Of a stretch of DNA of 34,646 bases, positions 23,502-33,441 are shown piece by piece. Numbering within the stretch: position 1 is the stretch's first letter; each line of letters starts with the position of its first letter. Origin of the DNA: a virus (taxonomy: Duplodnaviria; Caudoviricetes); IMG/VR virus record IMGVR_UViG_3300042393_000897, positions 1 to 34,646 of that record, one strand, 5' to 3'. The notes under the pieces were generated by a model that saw nothing but the letters and a program-made list of their open reading frames with translations, was not told the origin of the DNA and made no database searches. Made by a program: the position numbers and the translations under genes.

Positions 23502-25636
23502 GGTTCCTGACCCTTGAGCAGTTGATCGCAGCCACGGCCAGTGGTGTCCGCCCACCCGAACGTCTGACGGTTGCCGAGGCAGCCGAGAAGTACCGCTATC
23601 TGAATAACCCCGGAAGCTACGTCGGCTATTGGGACAACTCCATCGCCCCTTACCTCGTCGAGCCCATGGAGACGCTGAGTAGCACTGACTACCTCGGCAT
23701 GATCTTCGCCGGCCCCGCAAGGTGCGGCAAATCGGACATGTTTTTCAACTGGCTGACGCACACGGCCATCTGTGATCCAGCCGACATGATGCACGTCCTG
23801 ATGACCATGAACGTGGCACGGGATTGGAGCCAGAAGGACCTACGGCGGGCATTCCGTCACTCCAAGGAACTGGGTAAGACGGTGGCCCCCGGCCGCCACA
23901 ACCAGAGCACCCACGACATTCGCTTCCTGAGCGGCATGCACCTGCTGGTCAAGTGGCCAACGATCACCGAGCTTTCGGGTAAGACGGTTGGGCGCAACTG
24001 GATCAGCGACTACGACCGCATCCCCGAGTCGATCGACGGTGAGGGTAACGCCTACGACTTGACGGCCAAGCGGGCCACCACCTTCCGGCGCAACGGCATG
24101 ACCGTGGCCGAGTCCAGCCCAGGCTTCGAGATCGAGGACCCGAAGTGGGTTGCCCGGACGAAGCACGAAGCGCCACCCACTCGCGGCATCTTGGCGCTCT
24201 ACAACCGTGGCGACCGCCGGCGCTGGTACTGGCGCTGCCCGCATTGCGTGACCCCGTTCGAGCCCGACTTCAACCTGCTGCAATACCCGGACAGCGCGGA
24301 TCACGTTGAGGCGGCCGAGGCTGCTGTGATGGCCTGCCCACACTGCGGCGGCATCATCTGGCACGACGGCGAGCACGGTGTACCCGGCAAGAATGAGCTG
24401 AACCAGATCGACTTGGGTAACGCCAACTGGGTGCGCGACGGTCAGATTTGGACGCCTCGCCAAGCACTCGAAGCCAACAACCGGGGCGTCATCGAAGGCA
24501 CCCCCTACCGTTCCGACCAGGCCAGCTTCTGGCTGAAGGGGCCGGCGGCCTCGTTCACCAACTGGCGCGACTTGGTGCTGAAGTACCTCAAGGCTGACGA
24601 AGAATATGAACGCACAGGTAGTCAAGAGTCGCTGAAGACCACCGTCAACACCGACCAAGGTCTGCCGTTCAAGCCTCGTGGGATGGACGAGGGTCGCAAC
24701 TGGGAGGACGTGAAGTCCTTGGCCAGCGATCTCGGCATCCGCGTGGTGCCGCTGGGCGTGCGTTTCCTGCTGGCCCTGATCGACGTGCAGGCGGGCCGCT
24801 TCGAGGTCCAGATCGTCGGCGTTGGGGTCGGTGGCGACATGACGGTCGTCGACCGCTTCGCAATCAAGAAGTCTGCCCGGCTGGATGAAGACGGTGAGCG
24901 CGAGCGCGTGAAGCCCGCCACCTATCTCGAGGATTGGCACCTGCTGATCGAACATGTGATCCTGAAGTCCTATCCGCTGGGCGACGGCTCCGGCCGGCAC
25001 ATGCCGATCAGGATGGCGGGCTGCGACTCAGGTGGTGCTGCAGACAAGAAGAACGACAGCTCGACGACCAAGGTAGCCTACGAGTTCTGGCGTGCGCTGC
25101 GCGACTCGGACGGCACCAAATTCCCAACCGGGCTACACAACCGCTTCCGCCTGCTGAAGGGTTCGAGCAACAAGTCGGCTCCGCGGGTGCAGCTAAACTA
25201 CCCCGACAGCGAACGTCGTGACCGGACGGCTGGCGCCCGCGGTGAAATCCCGGTGCTGATGATCAACACCACGGCCCTGAAGGATCAGCTCAACAGCCTT
25301 TTGGATCGCAGAACCCCAGGACACGGCAAGATCAACTTCCCCAACTGGCTGCCCGATGAGTTCTGGCAGGAGATGGTGGCAGAGGTCAGGACGAGCGATG
25401 GCTGGGACAAGATCAGCCCAAGGAACGAGGCTTGGGACTTGCTGGTCTACGCGATCGCCATCTCGCTGCACCGACCGATCAAGATCGAGCACATGGACTG
25501 GGAAGATTGCCCGGGTTGGGCGGCCGAGTGGGACGATAATGATCTTGTATTCAACCCCACGTTGAAAAGTAATCCCAACGCTGGACCCAAGGTGAAAGAG
25601 ATGACATTGGAAGAATTGGCTCAGGCTTTAACCTGA
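23498..25636 (+). CDS. Terminase large subunit, lambda gpA family
   Basis: PPERLTVAE, PARCGKS Walker A, ESSP, CPHC x2, IDVQ, CDSGG, RNEAWDLLVY. Confidence 0.95.
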   Translation: MRFLTLEQLIAATASGVRPPERLTVAEAAEKYRYLNNPGSYVGYWDNSIAPYLVEPMETLSSTDYLGMIFAGPARCGKSDMFFNWLTHTAICDPADMMHVLMTMNVARDWSQKDLRRAFRHSKELGKTVAPGRHNQSTHDIRFLSGMHLLVKWPTITELSGKTVGRNWISDYDRIPESIDGEGNAYDLTAKRATTFRRNGMTVAESSPGFEIEDPKWVARTKHEAPPTRGILALYNRGDRRRWYWRCPHCVTPFEPDFNLLQYPDSADHVEAAEAAVMACPHCGGIIWHDGEHGVPGKNELNQIDLGNANWVRDGQIWTPRQALEANNRGVIEGTPYRSDQASFWLKGPAASFTNWRDLVLKYLKADEEYERTGSQESLKTTVNTDQGLPFKPRGMDEGRNWEDVKSLASDLGIRVVPLGVRFLLALIDVQAGRFEVQIVGVGVGGDMTVVDRFAIKKSARLDEDGERERVKPATYLEDWHLLIEHVILKSYPLGDGSGRHMPIRMAGCDSGGAADKKNDSSTTKVAYEFWRALRDSDGTKFPTGLHNRFRLLKGSSNKSAPRVQLNYPDSERRDRTAGARGEIPVLMINTTALKDQLNSLLDRRTPGHGKINFPNWLPDEFWQEMVAEVRTSDGWDKISPRNEAWDLLVYAIAISLHRPIKIEHMDWEDCPGWAAEWDDNDLVFNPTLKSNPNAGPKVKEMTLEELAQALT

Positions 25637-25720
25637 GTTTCAACTTTCAGTTTGATATGCCGCTTTCGGTTGATATACGATTCATCGGAATTTCTCTGAT
25701 TTCATTCTGGAACCGCCGAC

Positions 25721-25936
25721 ATGGCTGACCTCGCAACCCGTCTTGCCGAAGCCGAGCAGGCTTACCACGACCTGATGACGGGTCAGTCTGCCGCTGAGCT
25801 GCGCGACAGCAACGGCGAGTTAATTCGTTTTACGCCGGCTAACGCCGCCCGTTTGCTGGGCTACATCGCTGGCCTGAAGCAACAGCTCGGCCTGATCACG
25901 CCCGGTTCCATGTCGCCCGGGAGGGCCTGGTTCTGA
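25721..25936 (+). CDS. Head-tail joining protein, gpW-like
   Basis: RLAEAEQAYHDLMTG...F..AN...L..YI..L; lies between TerL and portal. Confidence 0.9.
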   Translation: MADLATRLAEAEQAYHDLMTGQSAAELRDSNGELIRFTPANAARLLGYIAGLKQQLGLITPGSMSPGRAWF

Positions 25937-27609
25937 TGGAAGTTATCCAAGAGCCTTACGTTGACCCACTGATAGGCGCCGTGCCGCACAAAGAATTGGC
26001 TATGGGCGGCGCCTATCAGGCTGCCGACCGTTACTCCAATGAACTGGCCATGTGGTCCCCGCCGCTGCAGTCCGCTGACATGGACCTGCTGCCGGGCAAA
26101 ACCATCATGGACGCTCGTGTGCGGGACACCCTGCGCAACGATGCCTATGTGCAGAACGGCGCCCAAATCCAGAAGGACAACATCGTCGGCGAGATGTTCT
26201 TGCTGAACGCCAAGCCGAACTGGAAGGTGTTGGGTCTCGATGAAGTCTGGGCTGAAGAGTTTCAGGAAGAGGTCGAAGCCAAGTTCACCCTGTACGCCGA
26301 GTCGATCCGCAACTTCCCCGACGCCTCTCGCAAGAGCACGCTGACCGGGCTGGTGCGTCTGGCTGTCGGTGTGCACGCGATGGCCGGCGAAGTGTTGGCC
26401 TCGGTCGAATGGATGCGCAACGGCTACCGCCCGTTCTCCACGGCGATGCAGTTGATTGACCTCGATCGCCTGAGCAACCCGAACGGTGAGATGGACACGC
26501 CCCTGCTGCGTGGCGGTGTGGTCCGCGATCGCTTCGGCGCACCTCAGGGCTACTGGATTCGTCAGGCGCACCCGCACGATTTCAACGACCCGGAAGGCTA
26601 CACTTGGAAGTATGTGCCGGCCACCCGGGGTCAGGTCACCGGCAACGCGGGTTGGGATCGTCCACAGATGATCCACATCATCGACCAGCTCCGTCCCGAC
26701 CAGACCCGCGGCATCTCGGCAATGGTCTCCGCGCTCAAAGAAATGCGGATGACCAAGAAGTTCCGCGACGTGGTGTTGCAGTCGGCTGTGCTCAACGCGA
26801 CCTACGCGGCCAGCATCGAATCTGACATGCCCGCTGACGTTGCCCTAGCTCAGGCCGGCGGCGGCGACTTCAACGCTGTGGCCAAGTACGGCACCTCCTA
26901 CTTGGGTGAGGTGGCCAAGTACACCGGCAGCGCTCGCAACTTCCAAATCGACGGCGTGAAGATTCCGGTCTTCTACCCGGGCACCAAGATGAAGCTGCAG
27001 AACGCCGGCACTCCCGGCGGCGTGGGTTCCGATTTCGAGGCGTCCATGCTGCGTTACATCGCGGCAACCCTCGGCGTGAGCTACGAGCAGCTGAGCAAGG
27101 ATTACAGCAAGGCCAACTACAGCAACCTCCGGGCTGCACTGGCAGATACCGATCGCCGGATGCGCGTGCAGAAGCGTCAGGTGGCCGATCGTTTCGCCAC
27201 CACCTTCTACCGCCTGTGGCTGGAAGAGGCGTTGAACGCCGGCCAGATCACCTCGATGCCGAAGAAGTCCCCCAACTGGTACGACGGTCTGAATCAGGAA
27301 GCCTACAGCGCCTGTGATTGGATCGGCGCCAGCATGGGTCAGATCGACGAGCTGAAGGAAACCCAGGCGGCCGTGCTGCGCGTCAACAACGGTCTGTCCA
27401 CCCGGGAGGGCGAATTGGCCCGCCTCGGCAAGGATTGGCGCGTCGTCTTCCGTCAGTTGGCCCGTGAGAAGAAACTCGCGGAGTCCGAGGGTCTGGAGTT
27501 CGGCGCCGACAAGAGCAGCCAGAACATGATGAACGCGGCCAGTGGCACTCCAAGCGGCACCGGCGACAAACCACGCAGCGCCGATAAAGAGGAAACCACC
27601 GATGAGTAA
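25936..27609 (+). CDS. Portal protein, lambda family
   Basis: ARVRDTLRND, RPDQTRGIS, LGVSYEQLSKDYSKANYSNLR, IDELKE. Confidence 0.95.
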   Translation: MEVIQEPYVDPLIGAVPHKELAMGGAYQAADRYSNELAMWSPPLQSADMDLLPGKTIMDARVRDTLRNDAYVQNGAQIQKDNIVGEMFLLNAKPNWKVLGLDEVWAEEFQEEVEAKFTLYAESIRNFPDASRKSTLTGLVRLAVGVHAMAGEVLASVEWMRNGYRPFSTAMQLIDLDRLSNPNGEMDTPLLRGGVVRDRFGAPQGYWIRQAHPHDFNDPEGYTWKYVPATRGQVTGNAGWDRPQMIHIIDQLRPDQTRGISAMVSALKEMRMTKKFRDVVLQSAVLNATYAASIESDMPADVALAQAGGGDFNAVAKYGTSYLGEVAKYTGSARNFQIDGVKIPVFYPGTKMKLQNAGTPGGVGSDFEASMLRYIAATLGVSYEQLSKDYSKANYSNLRAALADTDRRMRVQKRQVADRFATTFYRLWLEEALNAGQITSMPKKSPNWYDGLNQEAYSACDWIGASMGQIDELKETQAAVLRVNNGLSTREGELARLGKDWRVVFRQLAREKKLAESEGLEFGADKSSQNMMNAASGTPSGTGDKPRSADKEETTDE

Positions 27610-28882
27610 CCTGTTGGCTGCTCGTTTTGCCAATGCCCCCGTGATGATGGGTCTCGAGAAAGCTGAGTGGTTGAGCAGCTGTCTTGCCTCGGTCAACGCG
27701 GAAATGGCTAACGTCGCCGCGATGGAGGCTACTCAGCCTGCGATGATGCAGGACGACTACTGGCCTCAGTCCGATAGCTGGATGGCGCGCTACCGCCCGT
27801 ACATCGTCAGCAACGGCACTCTACTGATCCCAATCAAGGGTGTGCTGCTGCACGACTTCGGCTACCAGCTCTACGACTACGCCACTGGTTACGTTTACAT
27901 CCAGAAGGCGTTCGAGCGCGGCATGACCGACCTTAACGTCCAACGGATCGCAATGGTGCTGTCGTCGGGTGGCGGTGAAGTTGCAGGCTGCTTCGACGCT
28001 GTAGACCGTGTGTTTGCGATGCGCGGCGACAAGCCAATCCAAGCATTCGTCAACGAATACGCATACTCGGCAGCATACGCATGGGCGTCGGTTGCCGACA
28101 AGATCACCATGACCCGGACTGCCGGCGTGGGCAGTGTCGGCGTGGTCACCTCGCACATGAACGCTAGCGGCGCGATCGAAAAGGCCGGCTACGAGATGAC
28201 CTTCGTATTCGCCGGCGACCACAAAGTCGACGGTAACGGTTATCAAGCATTACCCGAAGCCGTCAAAAACAGGATGCAAGTACGCATCGACGGCCTGTAC
28301 GATATTTTCACATCAACGACGGCCCGTAACTTAGGGATCGACGAGCAGATTGTCCGAGATACTGAAGCGCTGACGTATAGTGCAGATGAAGCGGTCGCTC
28401 TGGGGTTCGCTCACGAAGTCCGGTCTTTCGATGAAGCACTGGCCGCCTTCTCCGGCGGTCTGTCACCAACCGCAGGAGAAGAAACGATGAGCGAAGCAAC
28501 CCAGACCCCCGAGGCCGCCCAGGCTGGTCTGGATGCGGCTCGCGCCGAGGGCCGGAAAGAAGGTGCTCTGGCCGAGCGTGAACGCATCCAGGGTATCCAA
28601 GGCTGCGAAGAAGCTGCTGACCGCAGTGACCTCGCTATCCACCTTTCGATGAACACTGAACTCTCGGTTGACGCGGCGAAGGGCATTCTTGCCAACTCGC
28701 CAAAGCAAGCGAAAGAGCAGGTCCAAGAAGCTCCCGCAGCTCAGGGTGCAGATTTCCGCGCCGCGATGGAGAACAACAACCCTGAACTCAACGCTGAAGG
28801 TGGCGACACAACTACCCAGTTGTCCGCCGGCGACCAGCTGATCGCTGACTATCAAGCCGCTACTGGCTTCGGGAGCAAATAA
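27602..28882 (+). CDS. Prohead protease (S49 family) fused to scaffold
   Basis: SSGGGEV, AYSAAY, VGSVGV, AGDHKVDGN; AERERI..I scaffold tail. Confidence 0.93.
   Translation: MSNLLAARFANAPVMMGLEKAEWLSSCLASVNAEMANVAAMEATQPAMMQDDYWPQSDSWMARYRPYIVSNGTLLIPIKGVLLHDFGYQLYDYATGYVYIQKAFERGMTDLNVQRIAMVLSSGGGEVAGCFDAVDRVFAMRGDKPIQAFVNEYAYSAAYAWASVADKITMTRTAGVGSVGVVTSHMNASGAIEKAGYEMTFVFAGDHKVDGNGYQALPEAVKNRMQVRIDGLYDIFTSTTARNLGIDEQIVRDTEALTYSADEAVALGFAHEVRSFDEALAAFSGGLSPTAGEETMSEATQTPEAAQAGLDAARAEGRKEGALAERERIQGIQGCEEAADRSDLAIHLSMNTELSVDAAKGILANSPKQAKEQVQEAPAAQGADFRAAMENNNPELNAEGGDTTTQLSAGDQLIADYQAATGFGSK
28487..28882 (+). CDS. Nested in-frame scaffolding protein (Nu3-like)
   Basis: Internal AGGAG RBS before ATG (MSEATQ...), as in lambda C/Nu3. 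Confidence 0.65.
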   Translation: MSEATQTPEAAQAGLDAARAEGRKEGALAERERIQGIQGCEEAADRSDLAIHLSMNTELSVDAAKGILANSPKQAKEQVQEAPAAQGADFRAAMENNNPELNAEGGDTTTQLSAGDQLIADYQAATGFGSK

Positions 28883-28884
28883 GC

Positions 28885-29298
28885 ATGGCGAACATTCCTT
28901 ACTCAGAGTACGGCTTGGCCGAACTCAACACCGACAGCTTCTCGCAAGTCGAGCTGATGTCTGGCGACACTCCTGCGATCGTCACCGATTACGGTATCAT
29001 CGGCGGCTCACTGAACGTCGCTGGCATCCCGGCGTGGACTCCGGTCTTCGTTGATCCGGCCACTCGTGCGATCAGCTTGGCTGTTCACGGCACCACTGCC
29101 CCGAACGCCATCACCGTTGCCGCTACCCCGGCAGGCGTGGCTTCCACCTCGTCCGTCCCGGTCTACAAGGCTGGTTCCTTCAACATCCGTGCGCTGAACT
29201 GGCCTGCCAGTTACGACCTGGATTCCGAGCGCTTCTCTGCTTTTGCAGCAGCTGCCGGCACCCAGATTTTCGTCAAGCTGCCGTACAACGTCGCCTAA
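28885..29298 (+). CDS. Head decoration protein (gpD-like)
   Basis: VPVYKAGSFNIRALNWP; lies between protease and capsid. Confidence 0.88.
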   Translation: MANIPYSEYGLAELNTDSFSQVELMSGDTPAIVTDYGIIGGSLNVAGIPAWTPVFVDPATRAISLAVHGTTAPNAITVAATPAGVASTSSVPVYKAGSFNIRALNWPASYDLDSERFSAFAAAAGTQIFVKLPYNVA

Positions 29299-29316
29299 TT
29301 TAGGGAGCTGTCAAAT

Positions 29317-30369
29317 ATGACCATCACCATCAATCAGTACGACACCAGCACTCTGCTGGGGCTGTACAAAGAAGTGCCGGCAGTTAGCACTTACTTCCGA
29401 TCGCTCGGTTTCCAGAGCGTGATGACTTTCGAGGACGAGTACATCGACTTCGAGAAAATCCGCGAAGGTCGCAAGTTGGCCCCGCTGGTAATCCCGACTG
29501 TTCAGGGTCGTCCGGTTTACGCCGAAGCCAGCACCACCACTCGCATGAAAGCGGCTTACCTCAAGCCGAAGGACCCGATCAGTCCGGGTCGTGCGATCAA
29601 GCGTCGTCCGGGCGAGAATATGTTCGCTCCGAACACCATGTCCCCCGGCGCCCGCTTCAACGCGATCATCGGTGACATCCTGCGTGTTCACCGCGAGACC
29701 ATTGACCGTCGTGAAGAGTGGATGGCCTCTCAGGCGTTCATCACCGGCAAGCTGACCTTGGAAGGTCCAGACTACCCGACTCGCATCGTCGACTTCGGCC
29801 GTGCTGCCAACCACACCGTCAACCTGACTGGCGCTGCGCGCTGGAACCAAGCCGGTGTGAACATCATGGATGACCTGCAGGTCTACATCGACCGCGTGCG
29901 TCGTGCTCCGTTCGGTGGTCCGGTCAACCGTCTCACCGTTGGTGCGAACGTGATCGGCGTGATGCTGAAGAACGACTCTGTTCTCAAGCAGCTGGACACT
30001 CAGGTGCGCGGCACCAGTGCTGACCTGAACACCGGCCTGCGCGCTGGCGAGTATGTCGAGTACATCGGCAAGCTCGGTCCGAACTTGGAACTGTGGGTCA
30101 ACAGCGACTTCTACGAGTTGGCTGACGGTACTGCCGTTCCGTTCTTGGACCCGGACACCATCGTACTTAGCGGCCCGAACATCATGGGTGTTCGCTGCTT
30201 CGGTGCGATCTTGGACGAATCGGCTGGTTTCCGCGCACTTCCGGTATTCCCGAAAATGTGGAGCAACCAAGACCCGTCGGCCACTTTCGTGATGTCGCAG
30301 TCCGCGCCGCTGACCGTTCCGGTCAACCCCAACAACACGCTGTCGGCCAAGGTGCTGAACGCAGCCTAA
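29317..30369 (+). CDS. Major capsid protein (lambda gpE family)
   Basis: LAPLVIP, AYLKPK, RREEWMA, VDFGR, DPS..FVMSQSAPL. Confidence 0.95.
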   Translation: MTITINQYDTSTLLGLYKEVPAVSTYFRSLGFQSVMTFEDEYIDFEKIREGRKLAPLVIPTVQGRPVYAEASTTTRMKAAYLKPKDPISPGRAIKRRPGENMFAPNTMSPGARFNAIIGDILRVHRETIDRREEWMASQAFITGKLTLEGPDYPTRIVDFGRAANHTVNLTGAARWNQAGVNIMDDLQVYIDRVRRAPFGGPVNRLTVGANVIGVMLKNDSVLKQLDTQVRGTSADLNTGLRAGEYVEYIGKLGPNLELWVNSDFYELADGTAVPFLDPDTIVLSGPNIMGVRCFGAILDESAGFRALPVFPKMWSNQDPSATFVMSQSAPLTVPVNPNNTLSAKVLNAA

Positions 30370-30382
30370 CAGTGACGAAGCA

Positions 30383-30407
30383 GGCGGCCTCCGGGCCGCT
30401 TCGCTTT
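30383..30407 (+). terminator. Hairpin / possible terminator after capsid
   Basis: GCGGCC-TCCG-GGCCGC followed by an interrupted T tract. Confidence 0.5.
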
Positions 30408-30423
30408 CCACCAGGAGTTGAGC

Positions 30424-30726
30424 ATGAAACATCTGATTGCGATTCACGAAGTTGTCTGTGACGACGAGAACGGCAAGTCGGTGGCAGTTGCCCCGGGCAA
30501 AGCCTTCTCGGTGTCCGATGAAGTGGCAGCCCTGCTTCTCGAGGCTGGCGCCGCCAAGTCCGACGACGCTCCCGTTTCCGTGCAGGGCGAAGAAGTCGTT
30601 CTGTCCAAGCTGAACAAGGCCCAGCTGTTGGCCCTGGCTGAAGACCGCAAGGTTGCCGTTGATCCCGAAGCGACCAAGGCCGTGATTATCGCTGCCCTGG
30701 AAGCCGCTGAAGACTCGATCATCTGA
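30424..30726 (+). CDS. Post-capsid protein (gpFI-like position) with a C-terminal helix-extension-helix
   Basis: LSKLNKAQLLALAEDRKV...ATKAVIIAAL. Confidence 0.75.
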   Translation: MKHLIAIHEVVCDDENGKSVAVAPGKAFSVSDEVAALLLEAGAAKSDDAPVSVQGEEVVLSKLNKAQLLALAEDRKVAVDPEATKAVIIAALEAAEDSII

Positions 30727-31130
30727 TGGCCACCTTCCGTGAGGTGAAGCGTAAAGCTCGCTCCCAGCTGCACCAGCGGCTGGCTGAGCCTGCGCTTTAT
30801 CTCACGGACCCCATCGCCTCACCCGTTGGTATCACGGTACGCCTGCACCTCGACTTCAGTCAGGTAGGCGAGCTTCTGCGCGGCGGCTTTGCCGACCGAC
30901 AAGAGATGACACCCCAAATTATTTTCCTGGGCTCCCAGATTGTCCCGGTGCGAAACGGCATCGTGGTCACCAAGGATTTGGGTGCCTGGTTCGTCGACAA
31001 CACGCTTCCTGCCAACGACATCACGATCGCGGCAGAAGTGGTGCGCATCACCCCCGGTCAAGCCACTGGCTACGGCTGGGACCCTCTGCTGCCCTATATG
31101 GGCCTCCCTGCCCCAGGAGCTATCGTATGA
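30726..31130 (+). CDS. Head-tail joining protein (gpFII-like)
   Basis: FREVKRKARSQLH N-terminus; synteny. Confidence 0.7.
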   Translation: MATFREVKRKARSQLHQRLAEPALYLTDPIASPVGITVRLHLDFSQVGELLRGGFADRQEMTPQIIFLGSQIVPVRNGIVVTKDLGAWFVDNTLPANDITIAAEVVRITPGQATGYGWDPLLPYMGLPAPGAIV

Positions 31131-31396
31131 CCGCAATCCTCACCAACCAGACCACCTCGGGCAGTTCTGCCAACCAGACGGCAACCGGCGCAGTGACAAT
31201 CACTGCTGGCGGCATTTTCAACGGTGGCAGTGTGGTCATCGAGACCAGCCCTGACGGTTTACCATGGACTCCTGTGGCTTGGTTCGATCAACCCGGTGGG
31301 CAAATCTTGGACTTCACCTCGGGGACTATCTATCGGGCCACCGTAGTGGTGCGTAACGGCGACTCGATCAGCGTGTCTGCTGTCCCGAGGGTTTGA
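31127..31396 (+). CDS. Small beta-rich putative virion protein
   Basis: 89 aa, G.F.GGSVVIE.SPDG..W motif; coupled to both neighbours. Confidence 0.7.
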   Translation: MTAILTNQTTSGSSANQTATGAVTITAGGIFNGGSVVIETSPDGLPWTPVAWFDQPGGQILDFTSGTIYRATVVVRNGDSISVSAVPRV

Positions 31397-31398
31397 TT

Positions 31399-33438
31399 AT
31401 GATGGGTCGCCAGCTCTGCCGTCCGCTAGCTAAGCCCCTGTCGCGTGCAATCACTCAGGTTTCTGCTGGAGGAGGGTCAAGCGCGCCGGTATATCCACCG
31501 AAGGCCTTCTATTTTAATGACTTCAACGCCATCACCAACGCAACAAAACTGCGCGATTTGCCGGGGTGGGCGGCGTATAACTCGGTTGGCTCAGTGGCGG
31601 CAGCACGCGACCTATGGCAAGTGCAGACGAACGCTATACAGCGAATCAGTGGCACTGACTCTGCGGTTCAGCCGGGCACGTTCGTCGTTGGTCGAGATAC
31701 TGGGTCGGATAACCACACGGTCAAATGCAAGCTGGTTGCGCTTCCGGGGTCTGGTGGCCTGCTAAACATTGTCGTCGGGGCGACGGCCGAAAATAACTCG
31801 ATCTATTTACGGTGCGCAAATGCTGCCGGAGTGATGCAAAGCTTTATCATCGCTCGTAATGTCGGCGGCACGCTCACAACGCTGCTGACCCAAGCCCCAA
31901 GTACAAGCCAGCTCGGGCGCGCCCTGCTTGTTGGCGATGAGCTTGAGTTGCAAATAGTGGACCGGGCCGTGCATCTGTTCGTAAACGGGTTGCGGATAAC
32001 GCCCTCCGCCGGAGTTAACATTGACGCGGGGACAGCTTTCGTTAAGGGTAGTATTTGCGGCTTTGGCACCGGGCAAGGCGCTACTTATGATGACGTGTAC
32101 GTCGCCCAGCTGGCGGGGTCAGTGGCTATCGTTGATACGCCTATTTTCTGGCCGGGGGAACTTCTGAGTGGCCGCGAGGTGCCGCTTACTGGGTCTTACA
32201 CTGGTGATGTGCAGGCGCTTGACTATCAAGTGGTCAACGCGGCGACGGGAGCGGTAGTTAAAGACTGGTCCCGGTGCGCGGCCCCGGTAATCGCATCAGG
32301 TTCTTGGCTCGCTTCTGTCTTTGTCCCTATGTGCGACAACGCCGTAAACCCGAAAGTTAGGGTTAAGGTTCGGGCCGCAAACGACACTGACGTTAAAGCC
32401 CCATCAACGATTACAGCGGTTGGGTTGGGCGCAACAAGCTACGGGCAGAGCAACTCTCACTACCGAGGTATCCCCGGATCTACGGTTTACCCAGTCAACG
32501 GCAATACCTACACATGGTCGCTGTCCGCCGAAAGCAAGTGGAAAGGGGGTGCCGCCACCACGCTTGAACGCTCACAGTTGTGGGCGCTACAGTTGTCGGA
32601 GGCGCTTGGAGTACCTGTCGGCATTTGCATAGCGGGCGTCAGTTCTCGCACAATTTCCAGCCTTGTCACTACTGAGTGGGCCGGAACAAAAGCGGTCTTC
32701 GACACGGCGGGTATTACTGGCTTTAGCTACTCGACCCTGTGGACGCAAGGAGAGGCGGAATCCGCGCAAGCGGTTGCATTTAACGTCGCAGCCTACCGTG
32801 CTAATTTTGACACCTTGCTCGGGCTGCTCGAAGAGGTGAGCATCTCGCCAACACCAAGCGTGGGCATTTGCGTTATCGGCAAAAACTCGGGCACTCACGT
32901 TTCAGGGTCAGTATTTGGCGCTGCAAACTGGTCTGCCGCCCGCCAGTGCCTATTTGAACTGACGGACAAGCCGAATGTTCATGTCGCAACCGGTCTATTT
33001 GACGCGACAATGGCCGACACCCTGCATTATGTATCCGACGCCTATGTCGAGAACGGCCGCCGCGCTGGCTTGTCTATGCGTAAGGCACTTGGTTATGGCG
33101 GCTACGATGGCCGTGGCCCGCTAATTACAGGCGCGTCGCGTGTTGGTGCAGTCGTCACGCTGCCGGTTGACCTTAACGGCGCTGCGTCGATTGCTGGCAC
33201 TGGCTTGACCCACTACGAAGTGAGTGCGGACAACTTCACCACCATCTTGCCGGCAGTTTCGACAGCGGTGGTTGGCAGCAATATCGTTATCACACTGGCC
33301 GCCGATCCGGGCGCAGCAGTTAAGGTGCGCAGCTTCTACGGCATGAACTTCACAAGCCCGACCTACGCAGTGGGCACCTACGCAGACGGTACAACCATTC
33401 CGACCGAGCCAATTTATTCTGCTCTTAGTGCGCTGTAA
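31399..33438 (+). CDS. Putative virion-associated SGNH/SASA carbohydrate O-acetylesterase
   Basis: GQSN (block I), WTQGEAE (block III), DTLH (DxxH); beta-rich N-terminal domains. Confidence 0.75.
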   Translation: MMGRQLCRPLAKPLSRAITQVSAGGGSSAPVYPPKAFYFNDFNAITNATKLRDLPGWAAYNSVGSVAAARDLWQVQTNAIQRISGTDSAVQPGTFVVGRDTGSDNHTVKCKLVALPGSGGLLNIVVGATAENNSIYLRCANAAGVMQSFIIARNVGGTLTTLLTQAPSTSQLGRALLVGDELELQIVDRAVHLFVNGLRITPSAGVNIDAGTAFVKGSICGFGTGQGATYDDVYVAQLAGSVAIVDTPIFWPGELLSGREVPLTGSYTGDVQALDYQVVNAATGAVVKDWSRCAAPVIASGSWLASVFVPMCDNAVNPKVRVKVRAANDTDVKAPSTITAVGLGATSYGQSNSHYRGIPGSTVYPVNGNTYTWSLSAESKWKGGAATTLERSQLWALQLSEALGVPVGICIAGVSSRTISSLVTTEWAGTKAVFDTAGITGFSYSTLWTQGEAESAQAVAFNVAAYRANFDTLLGLLEEVSISPTPSVGICVIGKNSGTHVSGSVFGAANWSAARQCLFELTDKPNVHVATGLFDATMADTLHYVSDAYVENGRRAGLSMRKALGYGGYDGRGPLITGASRVGAVVTLPVDLNGAASIAGTGLTHYEVSADNFTTILPAVSTAVVGSNIVITLAADPGAAVKVRSFYGMNFTSPTYAVGTYADGTTIPTEPIYSALSAL

Positions 33439-33441
33439 GCC

